From positions 1 through 64,000 of the forward strand of contig RBZT01000146.1 of assembly GCA_003693705.1 (NCBI GenBank): a stretch of 64,000 nucleotides of DNA, written 5' to 3'. Below the pieces are notes generated by a model. The model saw only the letters and a program-made list of their open reading frames with translations. It was not told where the DNA came from and did not search any database. Each line of letters starts with the position of its first letter. The stretch's first letter is position 1. The position numbers were made by a program, and so were the translations under genes. The stretch is from Polymyxa betae A26-41 (taxonomy: Eukaryota > Protista > Endomyxa: Phytomyxea). This document shows, one piece after another, positions 11,846-24,254 of this stretch.

Positions 11846-13425
11846 ATGGCGATTCAAATTGAAACCATTGGAAGTTCCCACTAACTTACGCCCCGCTGTG
11901 CTTGAAGACTCTGACAGCGAAGATGATCTTGATCCATCTGGTAGCTCAGATTTACTAATTATTTCGTCTATTCATGGCATACTCAATGTTGCTTCTTGGT
12001 TGCAGATTTCATCAATTTCAGAAATTTTGTGGATTTAAAATCTGGGAAAATCGACCGGTTGTTATGGTAATCGACTTTCTCAAGACTACATGGTTGCTGA
12101 AATTTCCGTGTAGTGAGCTTCGCAAGGAATTGCTTCTCGCGAAATTCCGCGACGTTTTAAAGACTCTGACGTTTGTCGTTCGTAATATTGTCAAGGACCC
12201 GAGTGAGATTAAATTTCGTGTGCTTAAGACAACAAATCCAACTCTAACCGAAAACGTGAAATTTATGCTGGTTTCATGTATATGGTTGTGGTTACATAGT
12301 TTTACAGTTGTTTCAATACGAGGAAGTTGTCGAAATACTTTCCACATTGGGATTCATTCACAGAGATGAATGTTATGAAATGGGAGAACAAATAGAGACT
12401 CCACTTCTAGAACGTACGCTGCTTTTGTTGCAAAGGTATTGTTTTGGGTTCGTCGTATGTCTTCACACGGAACTCATGTTTGTTTGTAGGCAGTATAATC
12501 GCTCCCAAAAGACGATCTCGTCCTTGCAGAGAATGGTATCAATTTTGTTTTCATTTATATCGTTGCCTAAGCGATACAGGTTGAAGCCGTTGCCAAACGA
12601 GAAGCGAATGATGAATCCCAGCAATTATCTGGCCCTGTTGAAAGGAATCTGACGATTTTCGATGAATCTCTTGGGGTCCCTCAAAATCGTAGGCCATCCC
12701 GGGATTCTGCAATTTTTAAGTCCCTAATTCGACGTTGCAGCACAATTAGTGGATGGTGGTTCTGATGATTATGTCGATGGTGATCTGGAAATACTGTCAG
12801 CGGCAGCTCGAGATCTTCATCGCCGAGTTAAATATGCAGAAGTGCTCGTCCCGCAATCATTTGTGAAGCAGCAGCTGCAGGCTACAAGTACCTATCTTAA
12901 ACCTACAGTACTGCTACATATTTCCTGCATGTTTAATTTAATTTATGTTGCGATTTTAGCATGCAAAGATTCGTGTTCGGATTCAACGGCACATTATAGT
13001 GCAAGCAAACTTTTCAGCTCAAGAGAAGCTGCGTGATGTTTCAGATGTTGTTCGTAGCGTGCTAAAAGACCCTCAACGACGATTCCACTTTGTTCTCCCT
13101 CCTGCTACTGTTTTTAATGATGTAAAAGATATCAGAGCCGTTGTGTTGTCTGTATAATGCGTTTTAGGGTGCATTAGATCAAACTCTGTTGGATTTGAAG
13201 ATGGCACCAAGTGCATTGATGTATGCTGAGTTTAGTGAAAGTATTCCACTAAATGAGCTCATGACTGACGAGGCACTAAGCAGCGCCAAAAAGCTAGAGT
13301 TCCAGGAATGCTCTCAGTCTGTATCAGAAAATGCAAGCAACAACATGATTACGGAGGTTCGACAGATGCCGGCCCGATCATCGAGAAGCGGTGGTGGAAG
13401 AGTACCTGCCTGGTTTAAACAATAA
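11846..13425 (+). CDS. PUB + UBX domain p97/Cdc48 cofactor
   Basis: PUB: LKTLTFVVRNIVKDPSEIKFRVLKTTN...EILSTLGF. UBX: KIRVRIQRHIIVQANFSAQEKL...LDLKMAPSALM. Ends VPAWFKQ. Confidence 0.8.
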
Positions 13426-13629
13426 AACACTTTGATGAATGGGATGAAGGTGCTACTGGTTGCTGCCATTGTCCATGTTGATAATTAATTACACGGAGAG
13501 GTAACGCGCTTAGGAATAGGTTGCGCCAAATATGTTACCTGAAGGTCTAATGGAGGGGTAGACTTGGGCCCATCCTTTCTATTTATTATCCATTTCATAT
13601 ATCTCATCTGCTAAGCTACTTTACATCAC

Positions 13630-14411
13630 ATGACTGATAGTCAGCATTTTGAATATCGCATTGTCAGCAATATGTCAACGAATAGCGTGTATTGAATGGC
13701 TGAGTGAAGTATTTAGGTGGTGCTGGGAGGCGGTGGTGTTGGTAAATCAGCACTCACTATCCGCCTGGTTACTGATAATTTTTTGGATGAATATGATCCC
13801 ACTATTGGTAATTTTATTCTAATTCTTATTTTGTTCAAGAAATGAATATGATATGTTAGAGGACAGTTATCGGAAACAGGTTATGGTTGACGATGAAACT
13901 GCTCTATTAGACATTCTGGATACAGCGGGACAGGAGGAATTTGCATCGATGCAAGATCAATGGATCAGAGATGGAAAAGGCTTCCTCCTAGTTTACAACA
14001 TTACTGAAAGGTATCCGATTAAAAGTCTTCAATGCAATGTTCAAACAATTTCTAGAAACACATTTGCAGAAATTCCTTCTCTATATGACAAAATCCTTCG
14101 AGCGAAGGATCAAGAAAGAGTGCCTATCGTTCTCATAGGCAATAAATCAGATCTAGTTGATGACAGACAAGTAGCAACATCCGAGGGCGAAGAATTAGGT
14201 CAATTGTATTATCTGGATTTAGTTTTTGCTGAGTGCTGATTATCTGTAAATTGCAGCCGGTCAATGGAAATGCCCATTCTTTGAGACAAGTGCTAAAATG
14301 AAAATCAATAACGAGGAATGTTTCTTTCAAGTTGTGCGAGAAATTCGTAAAATGGAGAAGAAACCACAGGCTGGATCCGGCCATCGGAAGAAAGTCTGCA
14401 CCATTCTATAG
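13630..14411 (+). CDS. RAS: Ras GTPase, 5 exons
   Basis: EYRI|[43 protein letters not shown]; C-terminal CAAX motif CTIL*. Confidence 0.95.
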
Positions 14412-14582
14412 ATCTTTATCGAATCGAATGAACCCATCTATGAACAGATACATCGTAATAATAATCTCCATGTATTCCCTTATTTCCTTCCCATGGGTTT
14501 CTGTAGCATATTGAAAAGACAGAATGTGGTCTTGCTTGTATCACAGCACAAATCAGGAACGTTCGTAGTTTAGTGACCCTTT

Positions 14583-15996
14583 TTAGATTTTTCTGGAAGT
14601 ATCAATGGATGCCATTGCATGAGCCAGGTCATCACCCACATAAGCCACATACAGAATGTTGCCGTCGTGATTAACGTGATTGATAAACTGTAATCAGAAG
14701 AATGTCAGAGTCGAGTGAGGAGTTAATGAAACCCAGGATTAGTCGACCTTAACTGATTATGTTTGCCTTTAAAGCGGAGAGCAGCACTGATTAGACATGT
14801 GATGAAGCCCAGAAGGATGAACGTCCCGGTTCCGGCCAGAACAGGTCCAGGTATTGACATTGCTGATCAAAGACCTGAATGACGACCTTAGTAATGACAC
14901 CACCTTATAGTTCAGGATATCAAAAGGTTGCCACAAGATGGTAACATTACATTGGGGCGCACTCTCCTTTAACATCAATTGCAACTGTTTGAAATTTGAA
15001 AGGGATTCATTACGACTCGTTATCTCAAGGTAACATTCAAGAACGTTTTGAGCACTGGCTGAGGCCTTTGATTGCTCGATGGATTGGATTTGATTCGACT
15101 AGTTCGTTGTCATTGTTTGGTAGATGCTTCTAAAGCAGGTATGAGACCAGAAGACTGATAAACAGTGCATCGAGTTCTAGATATGCAGGATCCATTCAAC
15201 TTTATAATTTGTGCCAGAGGCACTATTCGCACTGATACTTTACTTCGTTCCCACAACGAAGTTGTAATTTAGGTTGCAATCCAACAACTCCCGCAACATG
15301 AGAGTTATCTGATTGCATCTATCATAGAATTTGGTCGCGTCAATCCAGAGAATGTTCCATACTTGCTGTCTAGACATTTGGTACTGAATCTAGCCAGATG
15401 TCGTGTCGCTAGCGGTTAAGATCATGAAATGGATATCTAACAACAGGGGCGCTATTGGCTGAGGCTTACAGATTGAAGCCTGATGGTGTTTTCTACTTGC
15501 TGAGAAATTAAAAGAATAGAACTTGGTATAGAATGGTTTGCAGATATCTGATGCAGCAATCTCACTGTAAAATAGGGTCCCTGTTTCTTTATAAACTATT
15601 CACAAATATAATCTGCAGTCTGATTCTGTAATCGGTATATCAGAGCAGAGAGCGATATTACACCAAATCCAATGTCCATGCTGAATGGGGCAGTTGATCG
15701 ATACCGTTTATCGTTAGGTTTAGATCTGCCCGTGTTGATCACGCCCCGGTTCTGATGATAAACTCGGACGATTTTGGTCGATGACTTGTGGTTCAACACG
15801 AGCGTATTGCTGATCATAATCGTGACAAGTATGACTAGAATACTTTATAGGTCGCGATTGAACATACAAAGACAGCTGGTAGCGTTTGGAACAATCAAGT
15901 ATCGATGGAACTGGCTTCAATTCATGGCAATCGTGTCGAAAGATGAAAGCAGTTAAGCTTGACCAAAACGAAGTACAACAAGTTGATTGGCAGCAT
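14583..15996 (-). CDS. Hypothetical multi-exon protein with hydrophobic N-terminus
   Basis: Starts MLPINLLYFVLVKLNCF; several GT-AG-bounded exons; ends AHAMASIDTSRKI*. No family recognised. Confidence 0.5.
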
Positions 15997-16142
15997 TGAG
16001 ATTTGGATACGGGATGGCCTTGTTTGAGACTCAGAGACGATTTCGGAATGTGACGTTATGATCGGATGGGTTGTCTCATTAATTCATGGAAATATGATCG
16101 CTCTATTAGAAAAAAGTGAACACTGAGATGAGCAGTAACAAA

Positions 16143-17878
16143 TCAATCAGCTGCAGATGATTGCTGTCCTGGAAACCATGGCGTTTTGCCACTATATTTT
16201 GGTAATGGTCTGACAAAATGTAATAAGGTAATTGATGACAGACAGAACTGATATCAATTACCTAACGAAAGGTATAGGAACAGGGCATTTTCTTAAAGAT
16301 TCTTCCCAAACTTGATCAGGATCCGGCTCGACAGTTTTCCCATCTAAACGATGTCCCACATTAAGGGCAACTTGACGAACTGGGACCAGGACGCCAATCT
16401 CGAAATTATTGATGGTTAGATGAGAAGCTGATTGAGCGATCCCGCCCCAAGCAGCTCTGGTAAAGTTGTGTGAACCAAAGTATATCCAGCCAATGGGTTC
16501 TCCTACTGATACTGATCTATTTACAGGTAAACGACCAATAATCACCTATACAAAAAACATTTAAATTCAGATTAAAAGAAATAAATCTCACGAGCACCTT
16601 TGAATGCATTAAGGTTCCTGATCTAATACTAATGCAATCTCTGATAATCTCTTTGGGAAATGTTGATGCATTCCAATGTGATGGATTAAATCTGATAGAA
16701 CCTCCACCACCAAGCTGTCCTGCTAATGATCCCAATACTGTCTCACGAGTCGGGAATGCAACCTGAATTGGTGGAAGCTCTTGTTTGCGTACAAAGGGGA
16801 TCTCAGGAGCACAAGCATGAAAATAGAAGTCGCTTAGCCACGATCGATTTAATGCTCCTAATGATGAACATTGACATTCTAATTGTAGTGCTTTTAAGCG
16901 ATATTCCGATTCTGTCAGATTCAGATTCATGTGTGTGATTGCTTTCTTGAGTGAATATATTCCATATCTATCTCTATGCTGTCCTGGAATTGAAGCTACA
17001 ATACGAACCTGAATTGCGATATCAGAGGGATGGCATCAATTTGACATTAAAATCTACTAACAGTAGCAGCAGAGAAATTATACAAGTCTAATAAGTGAAT
17101 TAGTTGTTCGGGGACGGTTAGCTTATTGAGATAATCTTTGAGATCATCTCTAAAGGATGCGGCAGCCTCTGATAAAGATACTGAACCTAATTTCGGTAAT
17201 ACTGGGAAATCTTGTACAAATACCAAGTTCTGTAAATAGCAATGAGAAAGGATCAGAGCGGAACACAACATGAACCTGCCTCCATCATCTCATAATCGAC
17301 TTGAATTAGATTACCGGATGAGATCACCACACGAATATATTTGTCATTGGGAGAACGCTCATGAAATATAATCATAAGCTTGGGGTGAATACATCCAAAT
17401 CCAGTTACAATAGGTGGATGAATGTATTTACAATTTGGGTATTCAGATTGAAATATTCCTCTCTATAATGAATTAAATCAGTTATTCAATCCAATGCTGT
17501 GTGTTATATTTGTACCTTCTCCTGATCTTGTTTAGTCCAATGCTTTACCAGCCATACCTTAGCTTGTTTATTATCAATCTGGTCAAGAACCCAGCCAACA
17601 TCGACTACGAATGAAGATAGGATAACAGTCTTGATGGTATTTGATGAAGCGAATAGATTATTAATTGATATGATGGGAGATGATATCTGAATAGGACTGG
17701 CCATAGTTGGTGTTATACCAATATGACCATTGGCATAGGTTAATGATGAATCTGTCACTTTCCTTGACATCTTATTGCTTGCAGGGCTATCCGTTAAGTC
17801 GATGACGTCATCTCGCTGGCGTTTACCAGCCAGGCGGGCTAGTCGTGCCGCTTCCATCTCAGCTCGGGACTCCATCAC
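16143..17878 (-). CDS. TDP1: Tyrosyl-DNA phosphodiesterase 1
   Basis: Two HKN-type motifs: GCIHPKL...RVVISSGNL and LMHSK...YFGSHNFTRAAWG. Also QCSSLG and NNFEIGVL. Confidence 0.9.
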
Positions 17879-18140
17879 AATACAAAATGGCGCACAATCA
17901 ATTCAATTATTGTATTAACTAGTAGTAGATAAACAACTGACACAATGAGTTCGTCACGTCTTAGTTTCCAGTGTTGAGCTGTCTCAATCAGAGAGAGTTT
18001 CTTTCAGTAATGGCAACTATCTGAAGAGAGATAAATGTTGTACGATATCACGATAATGATGGGAATACCTTGGGGGGACTAAGAGGTTACCAATCGATCT
18101 TAATAGTACGAACTTAAGGTGAATCTGTTCAAGCTGCAAC

Positions 18141-19028
18141 ATGAATAGCAATGCTCGGATGAAATGGAATCCACCAACACCCAGTGTTCAATCATTGGCA
18201 TCCCTCACGAACTCGGCATCCAAGATCATGTCGCTTCCCAGCAGCGACATTCTTCTATTGAAAAATAATCGTATGCAGGCTGAGATATCGGTTCAACTTA
18301 TGGCCAACAGAATAGCATTATTGAAGGTCCTCGATTTAGAAACTGATTATGAAGAAACTCTGAAACAGTGATAGGCGGAGGAGGAGAGGGCCAAACGACG
18401 TATAAGAGCAATGAATATAACAGTTGAGGTATGTGAATGATACAGCTTAAAGACATTGTTTATAGAGAACGATTTAGAAAGTCCAAATCTGTCAGAAAGA
18501 GGAACTGGAATTAAGAAAACAGCTGCAAACAGCGAGGCAGCAAGTGCAGAAAAATATTGAAGAAACCGCCAATCGAGTTAAACAGCAATCGATAGAAGCA
18601 AAACAGAAATTGAAATTGAGGCTCGAGAACGAACTTCGGAAGAAACAGATGCAGGTGAGAGAGGATCGCGAAAAATCGTTGCTATTAAAATCAGCTCGAG
18701 AACAAATTGAGACTTTCCCTGGAGAAACTGTCGAAGGAATTCGACAGATGAAACAACAGCTGAGAAAAAGGAAAGAAGAATCTGAGGTTAACCTGGTTCT
18801 GAAATCACGAAATGCATTGCTGAGAATATTCTGATATAGGAGCGTTTGAGACAGAAACTCGAGGAGAAGCGCGAGCAGCGACTCAGGTCTGAATTAAACA
18901 AGCGAAATCAGGCCGAGAAAAGATTAGTCAAAATGGCTGAATTAGAACAGCGAATGTTGGAGAATCTGATGAATACCAGAAGCATGCAAAAGAAGGTTTA
19001 TTCTCAATATGAAAGACTGTTTAGATAA
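18141..19028 (+). CDS. Coiled-coil protein, multi-exon
   Basis: E/K/Q/R-rich helical exons (QLMANRIALLK|AEEERAKRR...). Confidence 0.65.
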
Positions 19029-19099
19029 TAAAGTTATACTTGCGGTAAGAACGCTTTGTTCAAACAGCAATACAGAAACTATAACAACAATGTCTTCGT

Positions 19100-19666
19100 T
19101 TATAAACCCAGTATTCTCTTTATACCAGCACGAGCAAATGGTATAAACGAGAGCGAATACCAAAGGGCAGCACAGAACTGACCCAGAGTGCAAAGGACGA
19201 CAAGAAGGATAATAGGGGGATTCTTAAAAGCAGCAAATAACGTCATTATCATAAAGAAAACATAGATAGCTGCCGCAACCCTATTCAAACAATGACAAGT
19301 TGCAATGGAATGAAAGCAGATTTAAATCACCATCTATTTGAACTGGTCATTGATTTGAATTGGCGGACAGGTCCTAGTAGGAAGAATGTGCCCCCCAATG
19401 ATGACACATTCCCTAATGTGTACAAAACAGCGAATCTCTTGGGAGAGAGAGCCGATAACGAGACGAAGCTCAGAAAACTAATCAACCAGCCGAATCCGAA
19501 GCAGACTGCAAATCCAATGATCCTCTATAGACTGTTCAAGGTGCAGATGCAGCAATTGACGTGGCCAGCAAACCTGTTGGTAGGTGAGTGTGCAGCAGCT
19601 GAGATCTGGAAGCTGCTGTTCGGTGTTGGACGTAGACCGGGATAGAGCCGATCGCAATGATTGCAT
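19100..19666 (-). CDS. SFT2: Vesicle transport protein SFT2/Got1 family
   Basis: Four TM segments; FAVLYTLGNVSSLGGTFFLLGPVRQFKSM and QFCAALWYSLSFIPFAR. Confidence 0.9.
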
Positions 19667-20750
19667 TGGGGAATGTGAAGATATTTGTAATATGGGGAAA
19701 TAGTTGATGTGAAATATATTGAAGATCAAGGTCAATTGACCCGTTCTATTGACCTTTATATACAGATATAATGTTACATATTGATAGATAGGTAATTCAT
19801 TTTCAGTATGGGAATGAGTTAGAGTAAGAGTAAGAACTATAACGAGTATGTAAGACCCAAATACATCGTTCTAATGGGAATTTGGCAAAATACATTCGTT
19901 GCATGTACGTATAAATATTGTAAGAGCACGCTTTGACAAATTCCAGATCGTTTGGATGCAAAAAAACACAAAAATGATAGTCCGCAATGATTATTTTCTA
20001 TTGAGCTTGAAAAAGCGCCATTCGTTGGTAGTATGAGACAGCAATTCTTCTAGAGTTTGACGGTCATGCATGGCTCCTTGCACAGGTATTGTGCGGCATA
20101 CCATCCTGTTGCTAGGACAAGAAAGTCTGCAACATCGCCGTCATCATCATCGATGCCGCAAGCTTCAAAATTTCCAGAGAAGACAGCAGAGCCTTATTTA
20201 AAGTATCCGCCCAAATACTTAGAGCTGGAAATCGTATTTTGCAGAAAATCTTGCAAAAGGTCTCCAAACACGTTCCTTTTTAAAGAGAAAAAACAATTTT
20301 GCAAAATCTTTCCCGGAAGTTTGCTAAATTGCATGTATCCAAATTCGTCAGGTTTCTCAATTTGCTTCCGATTTGTGTGTCCCGCAAAATTGGCGTTTTC
20401 GTGACTTTTGCCTTTTGGAAGTCTTCCAAAAAACAATAGCGGAACGGACTTGTGCGTACTCATTGTGGAGATTCTGAACGCCACAATATTTCCTTTACGA
20501 TCAATATGCATGGACGTTTTCTTTTGCGGTGGAGATGGTAGAGTGTAGATATACAGTATAGAATTTCAAACGTGCTACTGTATCCTTGAAGCAAGATATG
20601 AATGTAAAATTTTGTTAAATTTTGAATCTAATCAGAGAAAGCCATTTCTAGTTAAAATAGATAGATACAGTGGTCAGCTGAAAGTGAAGATGATGAAAGG
20701 CTGAGATGACTTCTTTCTCGTTTTGAAGCCTTGAATTTTTGGGGATTTCA

Positions 20751-20763
20751 TTAGGGTTTAGGG
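20751..20763 (+). repeat. Telomere-like TTAGGGTTTAGGG
   Basis: Read directly; lies in the left part of the TE island. Confidence 0.55.
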
Positions 20764-21083
20764 TTTGATCTTGTTTTTTATTGGTTGGCCCATTTGTCGG
20801 CGGTGAAGATTTGATTTTTTTTTATTTTCCACTTTAAGGTTGTTTGGGAATCGCCGAAAAAATATACGGGCTGCATCACTTTTGAAAAAGAAATCAAGAT
20901 CGGATAACAGGAAATCATTGGTCTTCAAATGCCGTGCCAATAAGGCACATGACCCCATCAAAAAGGAGGAGCAGACGGTTAGCTTCCCCCCAATTTCAGG
21001 GACACACTCTGAAAGCAGCGTGGTAGTGCGAGATCTCGGGGAATAGAAGGCACCTTGGAGGATGTAGATGAGCTTGCTCTCCC

Positions 21084-21365
21084 TGTCATGACCTTGTCCC
21101 GACTTTGATTCACGATACAGAAAATATCTTCTGTGACTGTTTACATTTATATCTTTTCACTTAATACAGCTTTGCCTATATCGGACTGAAGGCCCGGAAC
21201 AGCCTTCAGTCCGATCAACGTGCTAATCTCGTTCGTCTCGTCTCGTCTTCTAGCATCCTATTCGTCTAACCTCCCTTCTACCTTTCTCTTCCAACTCTCT
21301 CCTATCTTCTCTTGATTACTTATCGATCTCTTTATTCCTTATTTAGCGTGTGTTAGTTCATAACA
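21084..21365. mobile_element. Solo LTR (282 bp) with 5-bp TSD CTCCC
   Basis: Begins TGTCATGA and ends TCATAACA (7/8 inverted). CTCCC occurs at 21079-21083 and 21366-21370. An internal perfect 14-bp hairpin spans 21180-21215. Confidence 0.9.
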
Positions 21366-21366
21366 C

Positions 21367-21510
21367 TCCCTACCGACCCCGCCTGTAACAGCAGAGCGGG
21401 CTTAGGGAAACCCCGCAATGACGCTGTGGTGACAGTCGGGTTAGCCCGACCGGTCATCGGCATCAGGGCGGAGGTCGGGGTTGGACGGGCCCTACGCCCG
21501 GCCTTCCAAC
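21367..21510 (+). ncRNA. Structured RNA element (three-way junction, kink-turn, possible kissing loop) upstream of LINE ORF1
   Basis: Stems: 21373-85/21464-78; ACAGC/GCTGT plus GCGGG/CCCGC flanking a K-turn; GGTGAC/GTCATC plus GTCGGG/CCCGAC; GTTGGA/TCCAAC plus CGGGC/GCCCG. Confidence 0.6.
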
Positions 21511-21569
21511 AACACACAGAGCAGAATTTTTTATGTACATAGTTTGCTATGTAACATACCTCAGACTCA

Positions 21570-23415
21570 ATGAATTTTCATACAACGATTGCGCAAGCAA
21601 ATCCCTCAACAGTCAATTCAAAAGAAACTTACTCGGATCACGGAGATCACAGAACAGATATCCCTCAATCTCCTCATAACAGTAATATCACTGCCACAGC
21701 ATCCGGCAAATGTGCGGAAATGACCGACCCACGATAGACGACAGAATAGACCGCGTTCATTTTATCCCCTCGATGAACAAACGACCACGGTCCACCAGCC
21801 CGACAATGCCTGCCCGAACGAAGAAGGCTGCAAAGGCAGAAGCACCCAGTTTCAAGAAGGCAGCGTCCCAAAATCTAACGCTTGCAGCACTCAACAACAG
21901 CCTGGTCCCAAAATACGAAGAACGAACCGAAAAGAATCATCATAGAGTGGTGATAAAAGCGCAAATGTTAGACTGCAAAATGCTAAAAGGAGATGCTGCA
22001 TGCTGTAGTCATCAACAATTTGAGCAGCACTGCTCGCTTTCTGAAAAACTACGACTTTCGAAACATGACAGCTGATGATGAAGACATTATACTACGCGAT
22101 TTATTGGCAGATCATAACTTGAGACAACAACATCAACTACAGGGCATTATCTACAAATCAAAAAAGCAGTAGAAGAATTTTTAGAATCATAATTTTCCCA
22201 CATCATCCCGCCAAATCTGATGAAGACCGAACCCTGGCTGTTTCGAACTTCCAGAAATTATGGTCGATTCTTTCGAATCAACAATCCGCGCCATTTGCTC
22301 ACTTGAAAACCCGTCAAAATTCATCAAACTTATTGCGAAAAACGTTTACATAATCGTTTTCAATAGCAAAGAGGAAGAAACTAGAGCCTTATAAAAAATC
22401 CAGATCTACCAAAATCTCTTCACTGTTGCCAAACCAAAGGAGCGAATTGCAAATATATGTCAAACCTGCAAAACAATCGAATGCGAGCAGAAAAATCGAT
22501 GTTGCAATCACCTATGCGGAGAATGTGGAGAAAGCCATCGTATTTCCGCTTGCACGGAAGATCGGGAAAAAACAATATATATGTGCGTGGTCTGCTACAA
22601 CGCAGGCCAGTACTTTACCAAATGGCCGCTTGTCCATTACAGTTGATACACTACCGGGCGACGAGAATGAGAATACACCTAAAACACCAAAAACATAGAC
22701 AAAAACATAGACGACAAAATACAGCTCCTTCATTCCTTACGAATAATATGCCCATTGAAAATTCTCCAATGGAACGCTTGCTCGCTGAACGCCGAAAAAG
22801 ATCACAACTCGAACTCCTGGCTTCCCAAAGCGAATATGACATAAATACTTAAGACGACCAGGGGGTCGGAAGACCAATTACAAAGAGAGACGAATTTGAG
22901 ACGAAATAGACACGTGTTGAGAGAGAGACAAAGAACTCTAGTTGTATTATTAGAAAGGAGAAGCGGTTGCGGTGTCCGCAGAGAGGTTAGGGGGAACCTC
23001 ATATATCAGTAGCAGAATAAACAATTAAAAAGTAAAAATTAAAACTTCGCGTCACAATACTTTGTTTTTCTGAAATGGGAAACTATAGGAAAATTCGAGG
23101 CTTTCAGATCTACTATCATAGCAACGTTGACACACAAAGTGCAATTTTCTGGAGGGATGGTCTCAAGATTAAGAAAAATTCAGACAGAATTTGGTTGCAA
23201 CATGAGCGAAAATTGACAGAGTGTATAAATATCAACAGCGAACTTCTCATAATACACACATATATAGCTCCAGACAGAACCCATAGAGCCAGAAAAAAAT
23301 ATTGGCAAGACGTTCTAATATTCATTGAAGAGTGGTGCAATGAAAAATCGGTGCATAAAACGATCATTACTGGAGACTTGAATACACGCGATAAAAGGCT
23401 CGGAATCAATCATAA
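21570..23415 (+). mobile_element. Degenerate non-LTR retrotransposon (LINE): frameshifted ORF1 and truncated APE endonuclease
   Basis: ORF 23075-23461 contains IIHTYIAP...KTIITGDLNTR (APE GDxN motif). Broken ORF fragments run 21570-22850. RT is absent (truncated). Confidence 0.7.
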
Positions 23416-23826
23416 GACACTAGCGACAGGCCCTGATAAAGCTGCCGCCATTTGGATGTAGCTTATATCAGGACATGCCAGTTCGGATAAACTTTCGAAT
23501 GCTTCCCGCGACGACAGGTGGTGCCAAGCCTTGATGTAACTTGCTGATTGGCAGTAGCAACATTAGCTGCCCCTGCGAGCAACCAGGCTTCAAATGCAAC
23601 AGCCGACGCATCTAGATTAGCAGCTTGATCATGAGGCATTGCCGTATAGGCGAGCCAGGAAGACCCAATGCCGCATGCACCACATTCGGATCACCTATTT
23701 CAACGACAATTCCAGGACATGTCTTTCTTGATCGATCCAGCGATGCGGTTTTACAAGCGCAAAAGTATCGAACTCCAGATTATCAACTCTGTGCAGGATG
23801 TTCGGCTTTAGCTGGGGAGATGCATC

Positions 23827-23900
23827 TTAGGGCTCCGATCGGGTTCGGGTAGAGGGTCGATCCCCAACCCCACTCACTACCCGACGGTACCCGGCCCTAA
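23827..23900. repeat. Short inverted-repeat element (TTAGGGC...GCCCTAA; CGGGTAG...CTACCCG), MITE-like
   Basis: Nested inverted repeats read directly. No TSD found. A related GTCGGGTA/TACCCGAC hairpin lies near 24228-24246. Confidence 0.45.
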
Positions 23901-24254
23901 CAAGGACTGAATAAACCGCCACGGACTTGCGGTCTTCTCACATTTCCCTTTCTCGTTAATCAGCATCATTCCAATGGTCATGGATATGGAACCCGGATTC
24001 GGAAAACTGCTGCCTCGTCGTCTGTAGAGCTAATGGTTTGCCGATCGTCGACTCGCCTTATTATGTACCTGGTTGCCGTCCTTTTGAATCCAAGTTGTTT
24101 ATCTTCAGAAGAGGATCTCGATACTGATTACCCCGACCTTGTCAATCAATCAGACGATTTCTTTTAAAAAAAATCTGGTTGCAGATAAAAAGGTTTTTGG
24201 TCATGCTGGAGAGGAAATTATTATTAAGTCGGGTAGATACCCGACCCAACCCTC

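Noticed and set aside
20000-20560. ORFs of 105-115 aa on both strands
   Set aside because: No recognisable motif; probably decayed TE sequence, and no family could be assigned.
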